Origin: the human T2T-CHM13v2.0 reference genome, Homo sapiens
NCBI RefSeq assembly: GCF_009914755.1
Contig: NC_060928.1
DNA: 64,000 bases
Reading direction: 5' to 3' (one strand)
Shown: positions 1 through 10,922 of the stretch, piece after piece
Position numbering within the stretch: position 1 is the first letter of the stretch
Layout of the letters: the number at the start of each line of letters is the position of its first letter
Position numbers and translations under genes: made by a program
Notes under the pieces: model-generated
The model's database searches: none
What the model was told of the DNA's origin: nothing
Seen by the model: the letters and a program-made list of their open reading frames with translations, nothing else

Positions 1-300
1 ATTTGTAAACGTGGTTTATGACGTTTTGTAACAGAATATCTTGACAGTAGCATGAGAACATTTAACGAGACAAGAACATTCCCCACTGACCAACCAGATG
101 GTTTCAGGGAACAGGATGCTGTGCTCAGTTTAATCTTCTGCTGAACCATTAGGCAGAAAATCCTCTGGGTCAATGCCTCTCACTGAATCCACTTCTCATC
201 CTGTCCACCTGCCTGCTTTGCAGTGCAGAGTAAAGTGGGCCTTCTTTGACCCTCTTCAGGGACCAATGTGCTTGAGGCCATCATGAGGACATTCATTCTT

Positions 301-609
301 TCTTTTTTTTTTTTTTTTTTTTTTTTGGAGAGAGTCTCGCTCTGTCGCTCAGGCTGGAATGCAGTGGTGTGATCTCAGCTCCCCACTGTAACCTCTGCTT
401 CCCAAGTTCAAGTGACTCTCTTGCCTCAGCCTCCTGAGTAGCTGGGATTACAGGCACGCATCACCAGGCCCAGCTAATTTTTCTATTTTTTGTAGAGACA
501 GGGTTTCACCATGTTGACCATGCTGGTGTCGAACTCCTGACTTCAAGTGATCCACCTGCCTCGGCCTCCCAAAGTGCTGGTATTACAGGTGTGAGCCAAC
601 ATGCCTGGC
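301..609 (-). mobile_element. Alu SINE (AluS-like), full length
   Basis: Poly-T followed by reverse-complement Alu consensus (gagtctcgctctgtcgctcaggctgg ... cctcccaaagtgctgg ... gtgagcca). Imperfect TSD gaggacattcattctt / gagggctttcattctt. Confidence 0.93.
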
Positions 610-808
610 AGAGGGCTTTCATTCTTCATGGACTGCTCCATAGCCTCAGAGACAGTCGGACTGGTTTCTTCAACCAGAGCGGAGCAGACAGGCAATTTCT
701 GTATCCACCAGGACAAATATTAGCCCAACTCTTCAATGTACAGAGAGCATCACATTTCTTATATACTAGAATATCTGTTGGTCTAAAATATAAATAAATA
801 GTATTGTA

Positions 809-1117
809 GCCAGCCACAGTGGCTCACACCTATAATTGCAGAGATTTGTGGGGCTGAGGCAGGAGGTTCACTTGAGGTCAAGTGTTCGAGACCACCCTGG
901 GCAACATAGCGAGACAACCCCCCCCCCCCACCGCCACCTGCCATCTCTACAAAAATTAAAATAATTAGCTGGGCATAGTAGTGTGGGCCTGTAGTCCCAA
1001 CTACTTGGGAAACTGATGTGGGTGGATTGCTTGAGCCCAGGAATCTGAGGCTGCAGTGGGCTATGACTGCATCACTGTACTCCAGCTAGACCTTGTCTCA
1101 AAAAAAAAAAAAAAAAA
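809..1117 (+). mobile_element. Alu SINE (old, AluJ-like) with internal poly-C tract
   Basis: gtggctcacacctataat ... ttgagcccagga ... ccttgtctc followed by a poly-A tail. C-run at about 918-929. Confidence 0.88.
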
Positions 1118-1269
1118 GTGTGCAATTGACATTACTTTATCATTTGAAAAGAGGGACAGACAAGAAAGGTATTTGGCATTTACCAAGCAATTACTCATAA
1201 TCCTCATCCCATCCTACCCCCACCCTTCCCCTAAAAATGTATGTATATGTTTGTATACCATAAAACATA

Positions 1270-1500
1270 CATCTATTTGGCTCTGGAACCAGATTGCTTG
1301 GGTTCAATTACCTGATCTAGCATTTGCTCCTGATGACTCAGTGCAGAAAAGCTCTGTAACTCAGTTTCCCCAGCTGTAAAATGGGGAATGGCGCCTTTAC
1401 TGGGCTGCCATGAGGGTAAAGGGGGTAACATATATTTATAAAGCATTCAGAACAATTCATGATACACAGTAAGCTCTATATATTTGAGCTTATTATTACT
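1270..1500 (+). mobile_element. MIR SINE fragment
   Basis: MIR core-like ctcagtttccccagctgtaaaatgggga and 3' part (aagcattcagaaca ... cagtaagctct ... ttattattact). Boundaries approximate. Confidence 0.7.
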
Positions 1501-1704
1501 GTCAGTACGATTATCATCATTTTGCTGTTTCCAATGGGTACATTTTCTACATTCTCTTTCTTAAAGACCTTTAAGTCCTTGGTATTCTCTCCACCACCAC
1601 AGAGGGCAGTGTCCTTGTAGTTTAAATTTTCAAAGACTTCATGGATCCAATAAGCACGACATTAACTAAGGGACAGTTTTCTTTCAGTGGATTGGAATCT
1701 AAAA

Positions 1705-1824
1705 TGGCTTTTTTATTGTTATTATTGGCCAGGCTGGTCTCGAACTCCTGACTTCAAGTGATTCCCCCCACCTCACCCTCCCAAAGTGTGCTGAGACTCC
1801 AGGCATGAGCCACCATGCACGGCC
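1705..1824 (-). mobile_element. Alu left-arm fragment
   Basis: ttggccaggctggtctcgaactcctgac ... cctcccaaagtg ... ggcatgagccacc. Confidence 0.8.
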
Positions 1825-1985
1825 TTCATTCTCTTCTTTTATAAGGACACCAGTCATTGCATCTGCCCCCTCACCAGCAGCCCCCAATCCAGGATGACTC
1901 ATCGTTACTTGATTACATCTAGAAAGACCCTATTTCCAAATAAGGTCACATTCCTGGGTACCGAGGATTAAGATTTCCAATTTTT
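1825..1985 (-). mobile_element. MaLR LTR fragment (MLT1-like)
   Basis: Resembles MLT1 LTR from recall: cttcttttataaggacaccagtcattg ... ttgattacatct ... agaccctatttccaaataaggtcacattc. Confidence 0.6.
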
Positions 1986-1996
1986 AACCTGACTCA

Positions 1997-2299
1997 TTTT
2001 TTTTTTTTTTTTTTTGAGTCAGCGCCTCACCCTGTCATCCAGGCTGGAGTACAGTTATGTGATTATAGCTCACTGCAGCCTCAAACTCCTGGGCTCAAGG
2101 GATCCCCTGACCTCAGCCTTCCAAGTGGCTGAGACTACAGGTGCACACCATCATGCCCAACTAATTTTTTTTGTTTTTTTGTGTGTTTTTTTTTGTACAG
2201 GTTAGGTCTCACTCTGTTGACCAGGCTGGTCTGACCTCAAGAGATTCTCTTGCCTTGGCCTCCCAAGGCACTGGGATTACAGGCGTTATCCCATGCCTG
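1997..2299 (-). mobile_element. Alu SINE (AluJ-like)
   Basis: Poly-T, then caggctggagtacagt ... gctcactgcagcctcaaactcctgggctcaag (J-type diagnostic) ... gcctcccaa ... gggattacaggc. Confidence 0.87.
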
Positions 2300-2961
2300 A
2301 CCCTCTTTCTACACCTCAATCATTGTATCATTAGCCTGAGCTGCCCATATTCCTTATTCTGCCCATCCCTGACCAACCTCCTCCTTTAACATAACTTCCA
2401 TCTCGATATCATGGGGCCTGCTGGGCACTGCAAACAGCCTAAGGAAAGTGGAAACTTTACTTAACCTTAAATTGTATTACAAAGCCCACATTGAACGTAA
2501 TTTATATTTAAACTATAAAAATTTTCTGTAAATTGAAACATGACCTATAAAGGTCTCTACACCCTGAAGCAACGTTTTAGAAAGAAATCAATTGGTCCTT
2601 TTCTGCAGAAACCATTAACCATAGGAGAGATAAAGGAAAAACTTCAATGTACTGATTGAACTTCCATGCCCATAAGTTAACTTCTAAAAGGCAACCATTC
2701 CATATTGTTAAACTGCCTTAGGTTGTTATTACTGTTATGAAAGAGATCTTCAAAGCCAGAAGTTGAATCTTGACTGTAGTTCTTGCACGTACACGCACAC
2801 TCTTGCAACTGAAACCACTCAGATTGTCCTAATGCTGCTCCCCATAGCAACACCACCTGGAATTTTACGTTTGGTTTTAAGCATCAGTCATAATCTTCAC
2901 TTGCACCCGAACACACCGCACCTGTGAGAGCCACGTGATATTAAAAAAATCCCTTTAGTGA

Positions 2962-3255
<294 letters not shown>

Positions 3256-3310
3256 TCAGTGCCTTGATCCTTCCAGATTCAGATCCAAGAGAGATGACAT
3301 TTGTCCATCA

Positions 3311-3667
<357 letters not shown>

Positions 3668-4699
3668 TCAGCTCTGTGGTCCGCTAGCGTCCTTCCTCAA
3701 TCTGCTTCCAATCTGTGGACTCAAGAAAGACTGAACCAACCTAGATTAATATTTTAGTGTAACATAATACAGTGTTACTTACTATGACATTGACCGTATA
3801 TGCCCTTTTGCTCCTTGGAGGAAAGACAATTAATAGCTATTATGTGAGTTAATAAAATAAGCCCAGGATTTATGAGTATAACTAACCTGTTCCCATTGGT
3901 CTTCCTCGTCTCCTGCAGGCAGAGAGCTGATCAAAACAGCAAAAGCAAAGCAGTGCCCCTGGCCCAGTTCTGAAGCCAATCTTCCTTAATCACCCAGACC
4001 CATCCCTGGTTAGGACTTGCTGTGGATTCTCAGGTGACTCCATCTCAGGATACAGGGACTGAGAGGGTGTATGCAACATCTCAGAGCCAGAAACCATTGA
4101 TTCTGTCTAAAAACACAGTAATAACCACATCCCATCCTCTTGATTTAAATGAAAGTGTTTGGAAGAATAAAAGATGAACCTTTTTTTTTTGTCAGATCTT
4201 GCGCTCATTTGGTTCTGGTGTGGAACAACAGCTATAAGAGAACAAGTGTATTCAATTAGAATTAATTCCCCTCTCTTATTCTCATAGCTGAGCAGGGCTT
4301 AAGTGCCTCTCATCTGAAAGAGGTAATAAGATTTTATCTGTCTCCTCATCTACCTTTTGCAAGTATACTTAACAAATTCGCTCTCGGGACTCTTCCAAAT
4401 GGAGTTTTATGAGGAATTTGCTAAGGTAAACGTTTTAGACTTTGAACACAGTTCAGATTTCAGGGGCAGTACTGAAATCTAAACTGTGTTGCTAACTGCC
4501 CTGCCTTTCAACTCAAGACACAAAAACTTTGAACTAAAATAATTATATTTTTGTTGTTTTCCACTCTGTCCCCACGTCTATATCACCACCACCCCCAATC
4601 CCACCCCGCAGGAGCTAACTCCTCCTTCCTGTCCCTGCAAGATCAAAACTCCTCCTGCAAGCCCCGCTAGCTCTGTCTGCTCACCTTCGTGGTAGATAT

Positions 4700-4870
4700 C
4701 GCTATCGTACTTTTATCCTCCTTTGTGTGATAAGTACTTCAATATCCACTTCTTCCACGAGCCCCTGAGTCCCTGAAGGGCCTGGACCACACCTAGTTTT
4801 TCTCACCGTTACATATCCCTTGTCAGGCACATGGTAGGCGCTTAAAAAGTATTTGGTGAACGAATGGCTT
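4700..4870 (+). mobile_element. L2 LINE 3'-end fragment
   Basis: ggcacatggtaggcgcttaaaaagtatttggtgaacgaatg resembles the L2 3' terminus. Boundaries approximate. Confidence 0.55.
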
Positions 4871-5039
4871 GTTTGGTGACAGTCCAAAGGCTGGGGGACA
4901 GAGGGAAAGCTCCCTCCTTTCGGGCCCCAGACGGGTGGCGCTGATGGAGAGGAGGCTAGCCTAAGTCCTCCAGGACCGAAGCATGCACCCGTAAGGCCCC
5001 TGCTAAAAAGACCTTCCTGAAGGCGGAGGAACTGCGAGA

Positions 5040-6570
5040 GTGCCTACGTTAGCCCAAGGCCTGACCCGACGATCCCAGGGACCCTCGACCTAACTGGCCC
5101 CGCCTCCCGGGCCCCAAACCCGGACTCGGCCCCCCCGAAGCTCCGGATCCTGGGGCCCGCCCCTGGCCCCGCGTCGGAAGACCATGGGCTCGCTCCTGGG
5201 CCTTCCTCAAACCCTCCGCAGGTAACGCCTCCCGAACTGGAGCCACATTCCGATCCCCTCCTCAAATCCCTCCCCGTTTCCCACACCCTGGACCCCTCGC
5301 TCCGTCTCGGCCCCGCCCCAAGCCCAGCTAGGTCTCGGCCCCCGAGCCCAGCCCCGACCGGCCTCCCAGTCCCTGGGTCCCTCCCGACACCGGCCCCTCC
5401 CTAAGCTCCGCCTCCCAGGGCCCACCTCCTGAGCGCAGCCCAGCCCGGACTCGGCCCCGCCTCCCGGACCCTGGGCCCCTCCCCACGTGGGTCCGTCCTA
5501 AGCTTCGCCTCCCGGAGTCCGCGCACCGCCTGGCCGTGTGCTACGACATAGTCAACGCCCCGCCCCTGCCCCGCCTCCTGAGCCCTTCCCTGGGTCTGGC
5601 CTTAGCCCCGCCCTAAGACCTCTCTCCTGGGCTCTGCTCTGAGTCCCGCCTCCTGAACCCAATGGCGTTTATCCCCGCCCTAATGCCCGCCTCCAGGACT
5701 CTTATCCTGCCCCCACGCAAGGCACTGCCTCCAGGACGCCACCAACCTGAACGCTTCCGAAGCCCAGCTTCCAGGATCGCCCTATCCTGGCCCCGCCCCA
5801 GGAACCGCCAACCTGGACTCTCCCCAGGACCTGCCCCAACGTCGCTTATCCTGGCCCTACCCCAGGCTTCGCCCTCATGACGTTCATCCTGGCCACACCC
5901 CAGGCCCCGCCCTCCTAACGCTCATCTTGGCCCCGCCCTAGAGTCCGCCCCCAGGACGCACCTCCTGACCGTATCCCCAGGCCCCGCCCCCTCTCTGCCC
6001 CCGCGCACTGCCCTCGGCCCGCCCCCTCTTCAGTCCAGGCCCGGCTTCCTCCAGGTCTCCAGGCAACGCTGCGGCTCCGCCCACGTCATGGCGCCCGAGG
6101 AGAACGCGGGGACAGAACTCTGGCTGCAGGGTTTCGAGCGCCGCTTCCTGGCGGCGCGCTCACTGCGCTCCTTCCCCTGGCAGGTGGCCGGCGGGGCGAG
6201 CGGAGAGGCCCGCGGGGGTCGCGGGAGTCCAGGGGCAGACGGGATGGGTCTCGGTGCTGAAACCCCTGGCGCTCCGGCCACGTGCGTTCCTGGGCTCTCC
6301 CCGGTCAGGGCCGCGAGACCCGGTCCCCGTCCCTGGGGCCTGGCCAGAGTCGCTCGCACCCCTTCTGCCCCGCGAGCTGGCGGCGGAAGCTGGGGGCGTC
6401 TCCACCGCCCTGGGGGGCAGACGCGCGTTCGGTGTGGGGCACAGTTCACGATCATTTTCACGACTTTTTAAAGGCAGTAATCGTTCTGGTCACTGGGACA
6501 CAGCTGCGCTCGCCCATTCTAAAAAGTCAGCGCCCTCAGGCCCGCGGGTAACCACCGCCTCCTGAGCGCG
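5040..6570. promoter_or_regulatory. CpG island / GC-box-rich promoter of the FAM86 paralog
   Basis: Very GC- and CpG-rich, with many ccccgccc / ccgcctcc Sp/KLF boxes. Spans the FAM86 start codon at 6088. Confidence 0.85.
6088..6183 (+). CDS. FAM86/EEF2KMT-family paralog, coding exon 1 (MAPEENAGTELWLQGFERRFLAARSLRSFPWQ)
   Basis: Near-identical to the N-terminus of EEF2KMT/FAM86B as recalled. Good Kozak context (gtcATGg) and phase-0 donor CAG|gtggcc at 6184. The specific paralog cannot be identified from sequence alone. Confidence 0.9.
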
Positions 6571-7119
6571 GTGACCAGGTCACAGGCTGTCTCTCATGCC
6601 TCAGTGTTCTCATCTGTATGTCGAGCACTGCACAGAATCGGCTCATGCGCTGAGGCTTTCACGCCTGTGATGGAAGAGACAGAGAAGGGGGTGGCCTCTC
6701 CTCTCCCTGGGGACCTGCCATTCTCAGCATAGGCATATGGCAGGCAGCAGCCTCCCTTCTGCCAGCAGAGGGGCTTAATGCACCCCGCTCCATTTGTAAT
6801 TCATGTGCAGTGAGCTCACTGGGATGAGTCAGTTTGGATATATATTCCTCCCTGTGTCTGCCCCATTTTATGGGGTGTTGCTTAATCATTTGCGTTATTG
6901 CATTGACATAAAATATTTAGCACTCAGGGATCATTTCTGGTCAGGAGAAATTTGTGCATTTTTAACCCAAAATAGAAACCTTCATAAAAGCATCATAGGT
7001 CTCCATTCAATATTGACTATAATTGTTCACATGCCCACACTGAATGCTAACTTGGGCTCACCCTCAACACCCACGAGGTGGGTACTATTATTATCACTCA
7101 CATTTGACCAGAGGGATTG

Positions 7120-7365
7120 TTTGATTAGGGTGAAGTAGTTGAGAGTTCAGACCCAGGAGACAGCCTGCCTGCTTCGAATCCTGGCCCAACCCCTGGCCCT
7201 GTGTGACCTTGGGCAAGTGACTGCATCTCTCTGTGTTATTGTTTTCTTATTAACAAAATGGGGGATATAATGATACCTACCTCTTAGGGTTGTTGTCAGC
7301 GTTGAATACAAAAGCCTGTGGATCAGTGCCTGGCTCATGGTAAATGCATGTCGGTGTTAGCTAGT
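7120..7365 (+). mobile_element. MIR SINE
   Basis: ttcgaatcctggc ... tgtgtgaccttgggcaagtgact ... aaaatgggggatataatgatacctacctc ... cagtgcctggc. Confidence 0.8.
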
Positions 7366-7379
7366 GTTTTATTCAGTCT

Positions 7380-7840
7380 CAAAATGCCTTCCGTGAGCCA
7401 GGCACCATGGATCAGCTGTACCCATGATAGATGAGGCTCTGCTTGCATGGGAGAGCCAGAGAATAAACAAATAAATGAATAAACAAGAAAAGACCAGATT
7501 AGAGTGGCTTTAAAACCAATAAAACAGGGAAATAGTGAATGGAGCAACTGGGAAAAAGTGTCACCAAAGTCAGGGAATCAGGGAAGCCTTCCCCAAAGGG
7601 GTGGCATTTGAACTGAGGCCTGAGTGGTGAAGCAGCCAGCCATGGGAAGGGTTTGGGGAACAGGATATGCAAAGGCCCTGTGGTGGAAATAAGCCAGCTG
7701 TGGTTGAGGAACAACAGCAAGGCAGCCAGTGTGGCTGGAGTGGAGTGAGCAGGGTGGGCCAGGGGTGAGGGAGAACAGGCCAGAGAGGGGGATTAGCAGC
7801 AGGTCTTGTAGGGCCTTTTATGGCATGGAAGGAGCTCTGA
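7380..7840 (-). mobile_element. L2 LINE fragment
   Basis: gccaggcacc ... catttgaactgaggcctga ... gcaaaggccctgtgg ... ccagtgtggctggagtggagtgagc resembles antisense L2. Boundaries approximate. Confidence 0.6.
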
Positions 7841-8315
7841 AGCAATGAAGTGCCTTGCCGTGTGTCACATACCAGCCGAGACAGTCTGCCTAACTCGGGA
7901 GCCAAAGCTCGCTGGTGGGCTTGAGGCCCCTGTAAGACAGCAATGTAACCCAGGCTGGAATGGGCACATTCTGCATTTCCACTTAAACTCAGATGGCAAG
8001 CCCATCAAACCTTGGTGCCATGGCTGCCCTGGTAATTCCTGGCTGACCAGTGTAACCAGGGAGCTGGCCCATGACCTGGGTGGCAACTGAGTAGCCAGGA
8101 CTAATGCGGCCAAGAGTCAGCCTTCTTCCTGTGACTCATCCAGGTGCACTCTGCGACATCTGAAGGTCAGGCTTTCAGCCGCTGTGGCTTCCACTTCCAA
8201 CTGGCTCCACGTCCCCAGGGAGGGATCACATAGAGCTTTGCCAACACATTCTATTGCGTGTTTTAATGTTCCTGTGAATGTGCCCTTGAGATTTCTCTCT
8301 CTCCCATCCACACAG

Positions 8316-8378
8316 AGCTTAGAGGCAAAGTTAAGAGACTCATCAGATTCTGAGCTGCTGCGGGATATTTTGCAGAAG
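8316..8378 (+). CDS. FAM86/EEF2KMT-family paralog, coding exon 2 (SLEAKLRDSSDSELLRDILQK)
   Basis: Pyrimidine tract plus cacag acceptor, 63-nt phase-0 exon, strong donor AAG|gtaaga. Peptide matches FAM86 residues 33-53. No further FAM86 exon is seen in the window. Confidence 0.9.
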
Positions 8379-9235
8379 GTAAGAATCCCAGAGTCCCTGG
8401 GACTCATGACCCTGCCGCCTGAATCTCTCCGGAAGACCTGAAAGAAGCAGCACTGGTGTGCTTGTACCCTTTAAAAACAGCCCTCTTCAAAGAACAAAAC
8501 CATTGAGTCAGCACTGCAGGAGGGTGTCAGCACCTCCCACAGCTCCTGCGCTTTCGTTTTCTATCTAAGACTTAGACAAAGACATCAGAATACACAAAAA
8601 TCTGCAAGAGGGGGGAAATCTAGGGAATGTTTTTTAAACCATCCACAGCAAAAACAGAGATGACAGGTGCAAAACAGCTTCTAGCATTGGGTAGATGCTC
8701 AGAGACTTTCTTTTTTGCATTTATGAGGCCTGTCCCGCCCACTCCTGTCTCTTCTAGACCTAAATGGGCCCTTGCTTTGCCCAGGGTAGGGTTTGGACTC
8801 AAGTGCATCTGCATGCAGGTGAGAGCCAGGATCACCACCCGGCCCAGCCACAGGCTGACCTTGGCCTTGAGGGCCAAGTGCAGATCACCCTGCATCCTGG
8901 GTCTTCACCTTCGAAGGGCCATGAGCCCTTCTGAAAAGACAAAGCAATAGACTACCTCCCAGAAAGAAGTGCACCAGAAGAATACATTTTCCATACAAAC
9001 TCAGGGGAGGCAGACATCCTCCACCCTCACCCACCCAGCCCAATCCTAGGAGCCCCGGGGAAGAATTCCTGTGCTAGAGGTGAATCAAGATTATCCACGT
9101 GGAAAAGATGCAGCCACAGCAGGGAAGACTTTGGGGCAATAGAGTAGGTCAGGGCTTCGAGCATGGAGATACCTGAAGTTATCTCGCACCTTGCTCTGAG
9201 TTTCACCCTGAGCCTCACTCACTCAAACTCTGAGC

Positions 9236-10148
9236 CCAGGCAGCTCAGAGTGTCCAGCAAGCTTTGGAACAGTTGGTGAAGCCCGAAGAACTCAATGGAG
9301 AGAATGCCTATCATTGTGGTGTTTGTCTCCAGAGGGCGCCGGCCTCCAAGACGTTAACTTTACACACTTCTGCCAAGGTCCTCATCCTTGTATTGAAGAG
9401 ATTCTCCGATGTCACAGGCAACAAGATTGCCAAGAATGTGCAATATCCTGAGTGCCTTGACATGCAGCCATACATGTCTCAGCAGAACACAGGACCTCTT
9501 GTCTATGTCCTCTATGCTGTGCTGGTCCACGCTGGGTGGAGTTGTCACAACGGACATTACTTCTCTTATGTCAAAGCTCAAGAAGGCCAGTGGTATAAAA
9601 TGGATGATGCCGAGGTCACCGCCTCTAGCATCACTTCTGTCCTGACTCAACAGGCCTACGTCCTCTTTTACATCCAGAAGAGTGAATGGGAAAGACACAG
9701 TGAGAGTGTGTCAAGAGGCAGGGAACCAAGAGCCCTTGGCGCAGAAGACACAGACAGGCGAGCAACGCAAGGAGAGCTCAAGAGAGACCACCCCTGCCTC
9801 CAGGCCCCAGAGGTGGACGAGCACTTGGTGGAAAGAGCCACTCAGGAAAGCACCTTAGACCACTGGAAATTCCTTCAAGAGCAAAACAAAACGAAGCCTG
9901 AGTTCAACGTCAGAAAAGTCGAAGGTACCCTGCCTCCCGACGTACTTGTGATTCATCAATCAAAATACAAGTGTGGGATGAAGAACCATCATCCTGAACA
10001 GCAAAGCTCCCTGCTAAACCTCTCTTCGACGACCCCGACACATCAGGAGTCCATGAACACTGGCACACTCGCTTCCCTGCGAGGGAGGGCCAGGAGATCC
10101 AAAGGGAAGAACAAACACAGCAAGAGGGCTCTGCTTGTGTGCCAGTGA
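9236..10148 (+). pseudogene. 5'-truncated USP17L copy (codons 228-530); lacks promoter, ATG and Cys89 box
   Basis: Identity to the array unit starts at ccaggcagctcagag (9236, equivalent to 13985 in the next unit). Upstream sequence is FAM86 intron. Frame stays open to TGA at 10148. Confidence 0.92.
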
Positions 10149-10181
10149 TCTCAGTGGAAGTACCGACCCACACGTAGGGGT

Positions 10182-10272
10182 GCACACACACACGCACACA
10201 CACAGACACACACATAACTACACCCAGAAGCGCGCACGCAAACACACACACACCCACACAAACACGAACACC
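10182..10272 (+). repeat. Interrupted (CA)n tract just 3' of the USP17L stop (recurs in every unit)
   Basis: gcacacacacacgcacacacacagacacacacataactacac ... Confidence 0.85.
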
Positions 10273-10875
10273 GTCAATCCTACATAAACTAATGAGGAGC
10301 CCAAGTTTCTGTCTCTACAACAGGGACAACTGGATAGTGATGGCTACATCTCAGGATGAGCCCGCATATGGGAAACATCAAGTTTTGGGGTCGTGAGTCT
10401 TCCGAACCTCTGGAGGGACTGTCTGAGTGTTTGTGTTCATGATAGGTGACATTCAGTGTGTATTTCTGAATATGACCTACCGACGTGTAGGTTTGCGTGT
10501 GAGGTAATTGCAGGGGACTCGGTTTCGTATTTTCTCTTGGGGTGTGTTTCATTCGTCAGTTGTTGGTCGGCATGAGAAGGTGAAATGCGGCTCATGTGGG
10601 ACATCCGTGGATCATTCTCGCCACCTTGAATAGTGGAAACTGGAATGCATTTGGAAGAGAAGAACGGTGCTCTTCTTTCTTCCCCGGGCTCGCCGTTTTT
10701 ACACTGGTTCCTGAATGGACCTCAGGCGCCCTGGGACTTGTGCTCTTGCTGGAACCCACATAACGCCGGAAGCGGACAGACCGACTTGCCTGTTTCACGG
10801 TGCCCGCTTCCCATGAGTCGAAACGGAAAATTTTCCCACGGGCATGTAAGTCATCTGGAAGTAAGCTGTATTGAT

Positions 10876-10922
10876 AATAAAGGAAAGCAAACACAGGAGT
10901 GTGTGTATTCAACTGAAATAAA
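10876..10922 (+). terminator. Two AATAAA hexamers, candidate USP17L polyadenylation signals (recur in every unit)
   Basis: AATAAA at 10876-10881 and 10917-10922, about 730-770 nt after the stop, each followed by a GT-rich stretch (gagtgtgtgtatt; gggtgtgttt). Confidence 0.5.

Noticed and set aside
3895-3930. Acceptor-like cttcctcgtctcctgcag
   Set aside because: No identifiable partner exon or coding frame, so it cannot be supported from sequence alone.
6184-6471. Continuation of the 127-aa ORF beyond FPWQ
   Set aside because: Read-through into GC-rich intron 1 past a valid donor. FAM86 similarity resumes only at exon 2.
5044-6565. Pro/Gly/Arg-rich ORFs on both strands
   Set aside because: Expected from stop-codon scarcity in a CpG island.
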